A model generated the notes under the pieces. It ran no database searches. It was not told where the DNA came from and saw only the letters and a list, made by a program, of their open reading frames with translations. A program made the position numbers and the translations under genes. This document shows positions 1 through 7,517 of a DNA stretch of 64,000 nt, piece after piece. The first letter of the stretch is position 1. Each line of letters opens with the position of its first letter. The stretch is from an uncultured bacterium (lineage in GTDB: Bacteria; Zixibacteria; MSB-5A5; CAIYYT01), in the NCBI GenBank assembly GCA_963707485.1, contig CAVPQS010000065.1:654-64653 (forward strand), given 5' to 3'.

Positions 1-160
1 TGCCGGGGGTGACGTTGCCGAAAATGAAGGTCGAATCGACGGCGGTAATCCTCTGGTTCGGCGCCGGATAGATGACCACGATGCGCGGCGTGTTTTGCGC
101 GGCAACGAAACCGACCAGGAACAAAAATACCACTGCCGTGGGCGCGAGTCTATTAAGCAA
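1..160 (-). CDS. Partial CDS (N-terminus only; runs off the window start): secreted protein of unknown function, probable 4th gene of the murein-peptide operon
   Basis: Reverse-strand reading from TTG at 160..158 gives LLNRLAPTAVVFLFLVGFVAAQNTPRIVVIYPAPNQRITAVDS..., a signal-peptide-like N-terminus. GGAGGAGG lies 6 nt upstream. The start overlaps the stop of the epimerase gene by 8 nt. The ORF is not in the provided track because it is open-ended. Confidence 0.35.
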   Translation of the reverse strand, partial: MLNRLAPTAVVFLFLVGFVAAQNTPRIVVIYPAPNQRITAVDSTFIFGNVTPG

Positions 161-1172
161 GAACAACCTCCTCGGATGTGATGCCGATTCCGGGGCCGCC
201 GGGCAGGACCAGAACATCGGCGTCGAAATGTGCGCCCCAATAGGGATCGTTTTCGGTCAGCATGATGGCGTCGAGGTCGAAATAATCGAACAGCGAAGAC
301 AGGTGCAGGGCGGCGGTGATACCGATTGCCGATTCCAACATGCAGCCAAGCAGCAACTGCAATTTGTGTTCGCGCGCGATTTCCGCCAATGCAATTACGC
401 GCTTGATGCCGCCGTTTTTGGAGAGCTTCAAGTTTACGCCGTTGACGACTTTGTAAAAGCGCTCGATGTCTTTCTCCGCAATGACTGATTCATCGAGGAA
501 TAATTTGCATTCGACCTTGGTTTTGATGCGGTCGAGCTCGCGGACGGTCGGTTCGGCCAATGGCTGCTCATAAAATTCGACCGGATACCCGCGCAGCGCT
601 CTGATGTGCTCGATGGCGTCGTCGCGCGTCCAGCCGCCGTTGGAATCGAGATAGAGCCGTTTCTCGCCCTGCTTGAGGACGAGGTCGATAAACTTGAGAT
701 CGCCGGCAAAACCGACTTTGAGTTTGAGGTTGCGGAACGCCGAGGCCGATTCGAGTTGCCGCATCACGTCGTCATCGGAAGCATGAGTGATCGTAAAAGC
801 GCTGACAGCCTTTTTCGGCGCCGGAAGTTGCAGATATGTATGCAGCGGCAGTTCGAGTTCTTTGGCGAGATGATCGAGCATCGCCATTTCGATGGCGCAG
901 CGGGCGACGTTGAGCGAGGGCGGCAAATTGCCAATGAATTTCTTGAGCGCGGCGACGTTCCAGTCTTCGTGGAATTTTTGCAGACGCTGTTGAGTTAGTT
1001 CGAGGCATTGCTCCGATGAGGCGCCATAGTGAATGGACGACGAACCCTCACCGATGCCGCGTTTGTAGCGCGCAACCAGAGTTTGCTTTTGCGCCGCGCT
1101 GCCTTTCGAAATGTTGAAGGCGCGCTTGAGACGAAGCTCGAGCAATTTCAATTTGACGGCGGAATCAGCCAC
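153..1172 (-). CDS. L-Ala-D/L-Glu epimerase (enolase superfamily; mandelate racemase/muconate lactonizing enzyme (MR/MLE) family dipeptide epimerase)
   Basis: 339 aa with MR/MLE-type motifs (KLKVG, DSNGGW, LFLDES, EQP). Sits in an operon with an LD-carboxypeptidase and an NlpC/P60 peptidase, as in the B. subtilis ykfABC murein-peptide operon. Confidence 0.8.
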   Translation of the reverse strand: MADSAVKLKLLELRLKRAFNISKGSAAQKQTLVARYKRGIGEGSSSIHYGASSEQCLELTQQRLQKFHEDWNVAALKKFIGNLPPSLNVARCAIEMAMLDHLAKELELPLHTYLQLPAPKKAVSAFTITHASDDDVMRQLESASAFRNLKLKVGFAGDLKFIDLVLKQGEKRLYLDSNGGWTRDDAIEHIRALRGYPVEFYEQPLAEPTVRELDRIKTKVECKLFLDESVIAEKDIERFYKVVNGVNLKLSKNGGIKRVIALAEIAREHKLQLLLGCMLESAIGITAALHLSSLFDYFDLDAIMLTENDPYWGAHFDADVLVLPGGPGIGITSEEVVLA

Positions 1173-2103
1173 TGGTAACCTCTTGAAGCAGCGTCAAAGA
1201 GTGGGCGTCGGCATTGAGACGCGCGCGGGCGCCAAACGGAATGGTGATCGACTTATCGCAATGGCCATAGCGAACACCGGTGATGACAGGAATCTCGCGC
1301 CGGAAAATGGTCTTGATGCGTTCGCGAAAAAGCGCGTCATGTTTTTTACTCGAAGTCAACGGAGTTGTTTCACGCCAATCGGTGTCGCCGATGACAACGC
1401 CTTGCACGCCATAGAGCAATCCCGCGAGTTTGAAGTGATTGAGGAAGCTGTCGAGGTGATCCACGGTTTCGTTGACGTCTTCGAAAAACAGGATGGTATT
1501 GTCAAAGCGGGGGAGATAGCCGGTGCCGATAAGCTGCACGAGCGAGAAGAGATTGCCGCCCATGAGGATTCCTTCGGCAGCGCCGGGATTGACGACTTCG
1601 ACATCGTCCTGATTATCCGCGGGGATCAATTCCCTGCCGGTGCAGTCGCCGCAGATGAGCGGCAAGAGCGCGTCGCGGCCGTCGGCATCCATGGCGGCAA
1701 GCAGCGGGCCGGAGAACGTGACGAGACCGGTTTTGACATAGAGAGCGCTCTGGAGAATTGTCAGGTCGGAGAGTCCGATGACGACCTTGGGGCGATTTTT
1801 GACGGCGGCGTAGTCGATGAGATTGAGCAGACGAAGAACGCCGTAACCGCCGCGGCCGGCGATCATGCCTTGAATTTTCGGAGAGCGAAATGCGTCGTTG
1901 ATTTCGGCGGCGCGTTGTTCGTCGGCGGCGGAGAAGCCGTTGTGTTCTGAGTCAAGGAGACGCGAGCCTTCGAGCGTGAAATGTTTTTCCATCAGTGTGG
2001 CGCCATGATTATAGTAGCGCGTCATCGCTTTACCACTCTTGAGCGAGCTAGCAGGAAAGAAAATCTTGAGGCGGCTTTGCTGATGGAGACGCTTGGCGAT
2101 CAT
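1165..2103 (-). CDS. ldcA: LD-carboxypeptidase (muramoyltetrapeptide carboxypeptidase, peptidase S66)
   Basis: 312 aa with an S66-like core (GYGVLRLL, GLSDLTIL, catalytic Ser context). Overlaps its neighbours by 4-8 nt, which indicates an operon. Confidence 0.75.
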   Translation of the reverse strand: MIAKRLHQQSRLKIFFPASSLKSGKAMTRYYNHGATLMEKHFTLEGSRLLDSEHNGFSAADEQRAAEINDAFRSPKIQGMIAGRGGYGVLRLLNLIDYAAVKNRPKVVIGLSDLTILQSALYVKTGLVTFSGPLLAAMDADGRDALLPLICGDCTGRELIPADNQDDVEVVNPGAAEGILMGGNLFSLVQLIGTGYLPRFDNTILFFEDVNETVDHLDSFLNHFKLAGLLYGVQGVVIGDTDWRETTPLTSSKKHDALFRERIKTIFRREIPVITGVRYGHCDKSITIPFGARARLNADAHSLTLLQEVTSG

Positions 2104-2849
2104 GACTCCAGAATCCGTTTGACGGTTGTGATCGCGCCGGCAAGATCGCTGCGGAATTTCGGATGATTTGGGGCGAGCGATTCGAGCGCGACCATTCCAC
2201 GAAGGCGCGAGGCGTGGAGTATCTTGCGGTCAGTAAGAAGAATCGCAACGTGGCCGGGGAAAAATATCAGGTCGCCGGCGACGGACTCTTCGAGAGTCAC
2301 TTCCGTGCCAACGAGGGTCTGGTCCTTACTGTCGCGCGGCAAGTTGACGCCGACTCGACGATAGAGGGTTTGCGTGAAGCCGGAGCAGTCAAAGCCGAGG
2401 CTGGAGCAACCGCCCCACAAGTACGGCGACGACACGAGCGAGATTCCTTCAGCAATAATGCGGTTAAGCGGAACGTCTTCGATGATGTCGAGGCGCCCAA
2501 ACAGCAATATCAATTCGGCGCCGTCGTGTGCGTAAAAAAGGTCGCCGCCTCCGGACGCGATGAGCGAACCGAATGGGAGTACCAGTCGACCGTTGCCGGT
2601 CTGGTCGTCAAGTATGGCGATATTTGATGTGACGACCGTGAGATTGGACTGCGGTTTGTCGGCGGTGACCAGATAGGAAGAGCCGATCCAGCCGCGATAG
2701 CCGTCCTCGGATTCGCAGAGTGCAAATGTGTCCCGGAACTCGAGCTGCTTGACGATGTGGCCGTAGAGCACCTGCGAGACCCGTTCAGAGCGATGATCGG
2801 GAGCACGGCGCATGTCAGCAACGGGAATGATTGGTTGCGCTGGTTGCAT
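2100..2849 (-). CDS. NlpC/P60 family gamma-D-glutamyl-L-diamino acid endopeptidase with N-terminal SH3-like domain
   Basis: 249 aa; C40 catalytic core YLWGGCSSLGFDCSGF (Cys) plus a downstream His context. First gene of the minus-strand operon. Confidence 0.75.
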   Translation of the reverse strand: MQPAQPIIPVADMRRAPDHRSERVSQVLYGHIVKQLEFRDTFALCESEDGYRGWIGSSYLVTADKPQSNLTVVTSNIAILDDQTGNGRLVLPFGSLIASGGGDLFYAHDGAELILLFGRLDIIEDVPLNRIIAEGISLVSSPYLWGGCSSLGFDCSGFTQTLYRRVGVNLPRDSKDQTLVGTEVTLEESVAGDLIFFPGHVAILLTDRKILHASRLRGMVALESLAPNHPKFRSDLAGAITTVKRILES

Positions 2850-3000
2850 GGTCTAAAGGTCGGCAAATGCAAGTCGGGATTCAACAAAAAGGTGTTGTTG
2901 CGTACTGTGTGGAAATACAACTCACTTTCCACCTCTGCGAAGGGGGAATAACGAACAGAGAATGCTGCCGCTGATTCGATCTATTCTCCCCTATCAAGGA

Positions 3001-3123
3001 CTGTTGAAAAAGTCCTCGCCCATGTCATCCTGAACGAAGTGAAGGATCTGCTTCGGTTGCCAATGAACAACTTACAGATTCTTCGCTTCGCTCAGAATGA
3101 CAAGATTCGACTTTTTCAACAGT
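3001..3123. repeat. MITE-like palindromic element (about 48-nt imperfect inverted arms around a 28-nt loop)
   Basis: Outer arms ctgttgaaaaagtc / gactttttcaacag are a perfect 14 nt match. Inner arms gtcatcctgaacgaagtgaaggatc / gattcttcgcttcgctcagaatgac match at 21 of 25 nt. The inner-arm core recurs, 27 nt identical, at 44492-44518. Confidence 0.6.
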
Positions 3124-3406
3124 CACATCAAGGGGAGTGGTTTTGCGTTCGAGGAACGAGAACGCAAAACCGAGGGGTGTCTTTGATTGAGTGACTCCGG
3201 TTTGCTCTGAAGCAGCGTTAGGTCGCCCTCGTTCCGGGTTAGTTGGGTAAGATCGCCGTGAGCTTTCGACGGCGGGACTCGGCAGACCTGACACAACGTG
3301 AATTCCCAGCGCAAACGCTGGGGCGCCTCCGTGAAGTATTTCAGGCGGTAAACAAAAGGCCGGCGAAGAAAAGCTCCACCGGCCTGAATAGACGAGAGTG
3401 GTTCGC

Positions 3407-4441
3407 TTAGAAGGCGAACTTGACCGTGAAATATTGATTATCGTCGAAGCCGGTCACATCGACCTGCTGCCAGGAGTAGTCAAAACTCACGTGCGAGTTG
3501 CCCCAATTGAACTTCACACCAGCGCCGAACGAACCGCCGTACGAGAAATCATCCTGGCTTGAGCCGACGAAACCGCCGCGCAAGAAGAATGTGTCGTTAA
3601 ATCCGTACTCGGCGCCACCCTTGAACTCATCCTGTGAGAAGTTGTTGCTCTGGAAAGTGCCGGAGAGTTCGAGATCGTTTTTCTCGTTGTTCTGCAGCGC
3701 ATTCCAAGCCACGCCAAACTGGATTGAGGAGGGCAGATCGAAACCTTCGCTCTCGGTGCGAACCGTTTTGGGAGCGGAGTTTGGATCGTTGGCATCGGGA
3801 ATGGTCTTGATGTCGAAGCCTGCGCCAGTGAACTGCATTTGCGGTCCAATGTGCTTGACGACGACGCCAAATTTCAGTCCCTGCCAGTTGGGCTGGTAAG
3901 TAAAGCCGAAATCAAACGCTGTTCCGCGGGCGGAGACTTGCTCGACCTTCTCATTGACAAAATAAGCGGTCGCGCCGAAAGACACGCGATCAGTAAACTG
4001 GCGCGCGTAGGTCAGGCCGATGACGGAAAACGTCGGGTTGAAGGTTTCACCACTGGATCCCTGCTGGTCGTCCCAAGTGGTTTTCAACATATCGCCGATC
4101 GAGAGCACCTTGACGGAGGCGCCGAGGGTGCCAAAGCCTTCAACGGTCGTGGTGACGGCGACATATTCGAGGTTCATATCAGCAAAGTACTCGAGATGCG
4201 AGAACATCGCCTCGGTACCAGCCTGATTAGCGGCTCCAGCCGGATTCCAGTAGAGCGCTTCAGCGCCGTAGGAATTGGCGATCATAGCGCCGCCTAAGGC
4301 CGAACCGCGCGAACCGACCGGAATGCGCAATTCCTGGGCTCCGGCGGTTCCGATTTTAATCTCATTGCCGGCGAGGAGCATCGCGCTCGTGAGAATCAGC
4401 AGCGCCGACGAAAGCAAGAATATCTTTTTCATCGTATTCAC
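3407..4441 (-). CDS. porV: PorV/PorQ-family outer-membrane beta-barrel (FadL-like fold), T9SS-associated shuttle/porin candidate
   Basis: 344 aa with a signal peptide. The N-terminal motif GAQELRIPVGSRGSALGGAMIA...EALYWNPAGAA matches the PorV/PorQ family signature. The C-terminal F is typical of OM barrels. Immediately downstream of a T9SS-CTD cargo gene. Confidence 0.55.
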   Translation of the reverse strand: MNTMKKIFLLSSALLILTSAMLLAGNEIKIGTAGAQELRIPVGSRGSALGGAMIANSYGAEALYWNPAGAANQAGTEAMFSHLEYFADMNLEYVAVTTTVEGFGTLGASVKVLSIGDMLKTTWDDQQGSSGETFNPTFSVIGLTYARQFTDRVSFGATAYFVNEKVEQVSARGTAFDFGFTYQPNWQGLKFGVVVKHIGPQMQFTGAGFDIKTIPDANDPNSAPKTVRTESEGFDLPSSIQFGVAWNALQNNEKNDLELSGTFQSNNFSQDEFKGGAEYGFNDTFFLRGGFVGSSQDDFSYGGSFGAGVKFNWGNSHVSFDYSWQQVDVTGFDDNQYFTVKFAF

Positions 4442-4449
4442 TCCTCTCC

Positions 4450-7400
4450 TTAGAAGGTATCCAATTGTTCGACTTCAGGGAAGATCGCCATTTTGCCGAA
4501 CTTTGTTCCCAAGCCATCAGCTTCGATGACCCAAATGTAAATACCGGAAGCGACCCAAAGGCCGGCTTCGGTTTTGATATCCCAAACGAATTCGGGATCA
4601 GAAGTGCCTCCGCTTCGCTCCAGCGTGCGCACGAGATCACCGGCGATATTGTAGATTTTGATCTTCATCGCCTGATTAGGAGGAAGATTTATGAACTTGA
4701 TGATGCGATCAAACTGGTCGATTTCTTCCGGATAGAAAGCGTAGTACGGATTGGGCACTGTTTTGACCTGATCAAGACTGTTGGTAATGAGAACATCGTC
4801 GCCACTGGCGGCTTCCGGCTTCACCGTCGTGAAAGTATATCTCACGGCCGGATTGTTCGGATTATTCTTCGTTATTATCAGCTTCTGTCCATCCGCAAGT
4901 TCATCCGCCGGTACATGACCGGGACGGATGCGCGGCCACAGGGAGTAAAGAACGTCCATATCGGCGGCGTCGTTGCTCATGTTCTGCGAGGCGTAAGTCG
5001 GATCGGGGTTGCCGGTGTAAGTACTGTTCATGATGAACAAATACTCGCGTCCGGTGCCATCCTCATCACATGGGAGCCAGGTAGAATCGAAGCAGGGATC
5101 GCCGTATTGCTCCGCAATTAAGACGTTCAGTTGACGTTCCGGAACAGTACTGACATCCCAAGCGGTGAATGGGACGTCAAAAAAGCCATTGTAACAGTAA
5201 CTTCCGCCGCAAAGGGGTGTGCCACTGCGAAGATAGAAATGACCCTTCTGCGTTGTTGTGAAGCTCCAACGAATTTCGACGTTTTTGTAGTCGAGTGGAC
5301 CTACACTTGAGCCAAAGAAGTCTGCTCCATTTCCGAGTGCCCCGAAGAATTGCGGCAGGCCGGTATCCACGCCGGTGATCCAGCGAGTGCCTACCCATTC
5401 GTAGCCCTTGATGCCCGGCGTCGGTCCGACAACGCGAACCTGGATTCCTTCGACAACGGGATACCCGTAATCGTCGGCCTGGGTTGCGATACTATCGAGC
5501 AGAAGCGTTCCGGTCGTCAGATTCTTGAGGTTCCAGGTCAGATCTTCGTTGAAGGTAACTTCATAATCATCCCCGGTGACGTCACCGGGATTGATATACT
5601 CTACAGTCGTCACTCCATCGCTGCTGCCTTCCGGTTCTTGCGTTGCAGTTTGGCTCAGAGCGCCGACAAAGGTATACGGCTTGACTACAAACGGAATAAG
5701 AGGACTTTCCAGCGTCTCCGTGATGTAACCCAGGAAGTTTCCACTGGCGTCGTCGAATGGTGTAATATTCAGATAATCGTATGAATAAGCCGTCACTGCG
5801 AAGTAGTACGGCTGGTTGTTCTTCAGCGGTACTCCCGTTATTTGGCTATTTGTGAATGTCTGATTGTAGACCAATCCGGAGTTTGACCCTTTCTGAAGGA
5901 TAATTCTTTGTGAACCACCAGCAGATGCGTCGACAACGTCACCGTATATCAACGATACTGGTTCTTCCTGATCATCCACGGCGAGATCGTAAGTGGCAAA
6001 TTTGGTCCAGGGACCGTTTGCAGATTCACCTTGATACAGGTTGTATCCTTCAAAATGGAATTCCTGGCCTAGCTTCGCGTTAGCTTCGACATTTCCGACT
6101 GGTTCGGTTCCCCAGATCATCTCAACCGCTCCGTCCAAGCCACGCAGAAATACTGACGGCGATGGCGGCGGATCCGGGATGTCAAAGTTAAGATCAAATA
6201 CGGCCTGTGCGGCAACGTCAGCCGCCTTCAAAGCGGAAATCGAATTCAACGGGCTCGAACCCTGGGCGACGATAACGGCCGCGACCACTTCCTGAGTATC
6301 GCCGACGGCCATCGTAAACGGACCGGCAGACATCATGTAGCGGCGGTCGGCGGAGGCTTCATCAAGCCATCCGGTTTGCGTTACCGGATCACCGGAGACA
6401 GCATAAGTGGTAATAGCGCTGTCGGCTTCATTATAAGTATGGGTCGGAACCATATCGCCAGTTGCCGGGTCTTTGGTGAGACCCTGCATGTAGCCGTAAG
6501 TTTCCACACGGCTGGCAGGATCGGTACCATTGATGTACTTGTTAAATGACGCCATTGGCAGGTTTCTAAAGCCCTGGCGCCATTCTCCGTTTACCAGTGC
6601 GGAGTCGCCTTCAGACGGGACAATCGGTCCCTCGAAGAAGTCGAATCCAACGGCGGGCGGAGCCGCACCATAGTTAGCATCATCGCCTTCGTTGTAACAA
6701 TAGCCCAATGACAGCAGCGTGTCGCAACCGACCAAGTCGTCGGAGGCGTTACCAAGATCGGGGTCGGCCCAGAGGGAGATATAAGTGTCTCTCAGGTCGT
6801 TCGCGCCTTTATTGATGATTTTGTACTTGAAGAACACGGTGTTTCCAAGTGCGCCACCGCGCGCGAAGGCGAAGGCAGACATTTGCACCTCGAGACCAAG
6901 CGGGGCTGTGCTGGCGGCATTGTTGATGTGGCCAGCCGGGTCGGCATCATTAAATACTGACCAAGCCATTTGATTGCCAAGAATCAACGGTTGACCGAGC
7001 GAATCTACCGGAGCGCCCTGCTCTACCGGCCAGTTCGCGTAGTCCGGATTCGAGGAGGCGTCGTCGCCTTTAGCAACCTTATAAACTCGGAATCCGGCAT
7101 TATCAGTTTGATAGGTCCCGTCTGCCATCGGACCGGGAGTAAACTCCGATGAGTATTCGGCGATGGCGAGGCGGATCGAATCCGGACCGGTTCCTACCTT
7201 TGCGCCGATCCAGAGACCGGCGGAGTAGATGACGGTCTTCTTGGTTCCACGCGGGAAGTAGAGACCGTCAGTCTTGCCCAGCACGTTGGCATTATCATAG
7301 GCAAAGTTACCGTCGTTATAGACAAACATTTCGAGGTTGTTAATATCTATACGGGTATCAGTGTCGAGGATTAATGCCGTCTGCGAGCCATGCCACTTCC

Positions 7401-7515
7401 CAGTAACGTTACTGAGACCCCACGCGACCGTGGTCATCAACAGGAACATCAGCAGGGAATAGAATAATCTCGTTTTCTTCATCAGCTTCCTCCTGAAGCG
7501 TTCAGGTTCATTCAC
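4450..7515 (-). CDS. Large secreted protein (1021 aa) with C-terminal T9SS sorting domain (Por_Secre_tail-like); N-terminal domain paralogous to the protein at 56560..58773
   Basis: Signal peptide. C-terminus VPNPYY...MKIKIYNIAGDLVRTLE...FVWD...ASGIYIWVIEADG...KFGKMAIF fits the T9SS CTD pattern (PNPF.. / IYD.xGR.V / WDG / SGVYFY / KK). The N-terminal ~300 aa align with the 737-aa protein (SEFTPGPMADG / SEFSPGPIGSNG; ANWPVEQGAPVDSLGQPLILGNQ / RNWPASDGAPVDALGRPLIKGSQ; FNDAD; PDLG / PDIG). Confidence 0.7.
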   Translation of the reverse strand: MNEPERFRRKLMKKTRLFYSLLMFLLMTTVAWGLSNVTGKWHGSQTALILDTDTRIDINNLEMFVYNDGNFAYDNANVLGKTDGLYFPRGTKKTVIYSAGLWIGAKVGTGPDSIRLAIAEYSSEFTPGPMADGTYQTDNAGFRVYKVAKGDDASSNPDYANWPVEQGAPVDSLGQPLILGNQMAWSVFNDADPAGHINNAASTAPLGLEVQMSAFAFARGGALGNTVFFKYKIINKGANDLRDTYISLWADPDLGNASDDLVGCDTLLSLGYCYNEGDDANYGAAPPAVGFDFFEGPIVPSEGDSALVNGEWRQGFRNLPMASFNKYINGTDPASRVETYGYMQGLTKDPATGDMVPTHTYNEADSAITTYAVSGDPVTQTGWLDEASADRRYMMSAGPFTMAVGDTQEVVAAVIVAQGSSPLNSISALKAADVAAQAVFDLNFDIPDPPPSPSVFLRGLDGAVEMIWGTEPVGNVEANAKLGQEFHFEGYNLYQGESANGPWTKFATYDLAVDDQEEPVSLIYGDVVDASAGGSQRIILQKGSNSGLVYNQTFTNSQITGVPLKNNQPYYFAVTAYSYDYLNITPFDDASGNFLGYITETLESPLIPFVVKPYTFVGALSQTATQEPEGSSDGVTTVEYINPGDVTGDDYEVTFNEDLTWNLKNLTTGTLLLDSIATQADDYGYPVVEGIQVRVVGPTPGIKGYEWVGTRWITGVDTGLPQFFGALGNGADFFGSSVGPLDYKNVEIRWSFTTTQKGHFYLRSGTPLCGGSYCYNGFFDVPFTAWDVSTVPERQLNVLIAEQYGDPCFDSTWLPCDEDGTGREYLFIMNSTYTGNPDPTYASQNMSNDAADMDVLYSLWPRIRPGHVPADELADGQKLIITKNNPNNPAVRYTFTTVKPEAASGDDVLITNSLDQVKTVPNPYYAFYPEEIDQFDRIIKFINLPPNQAMKIKIYNIAGDLVRTLERSGGTSDPEFVWDIKTEAGLWVASGIYIWVIEADGLGTKFGKMAIFPEVEQLDTF

Positions 7516-7517
7516 CC

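Noticed and set aside
72-488. 138-aa plus-strand ORF and many similar 60-300 aa ORFs antisense to or overlapping long genes (e.g. 606..998, 1111..1950, 7947..9428, 13899..14828, 43115..44320, 61046..61981)
   Set aside because: They lie entirely inside long minus-strand genes with clear homology. Their composition is Ala/Arg/Gly-rich, typical of high-GC antisense frames. They have no Shine-Dalgarno or motif support.
3025-3294. 89-aa ORF containing SCHSERSEESV
   Set aside because: This is a translation of the palindromic MITE-like repeat, whose arms encode VILSEAKDL / HSERSEES-type peptides. It is intergenic and has no start context.
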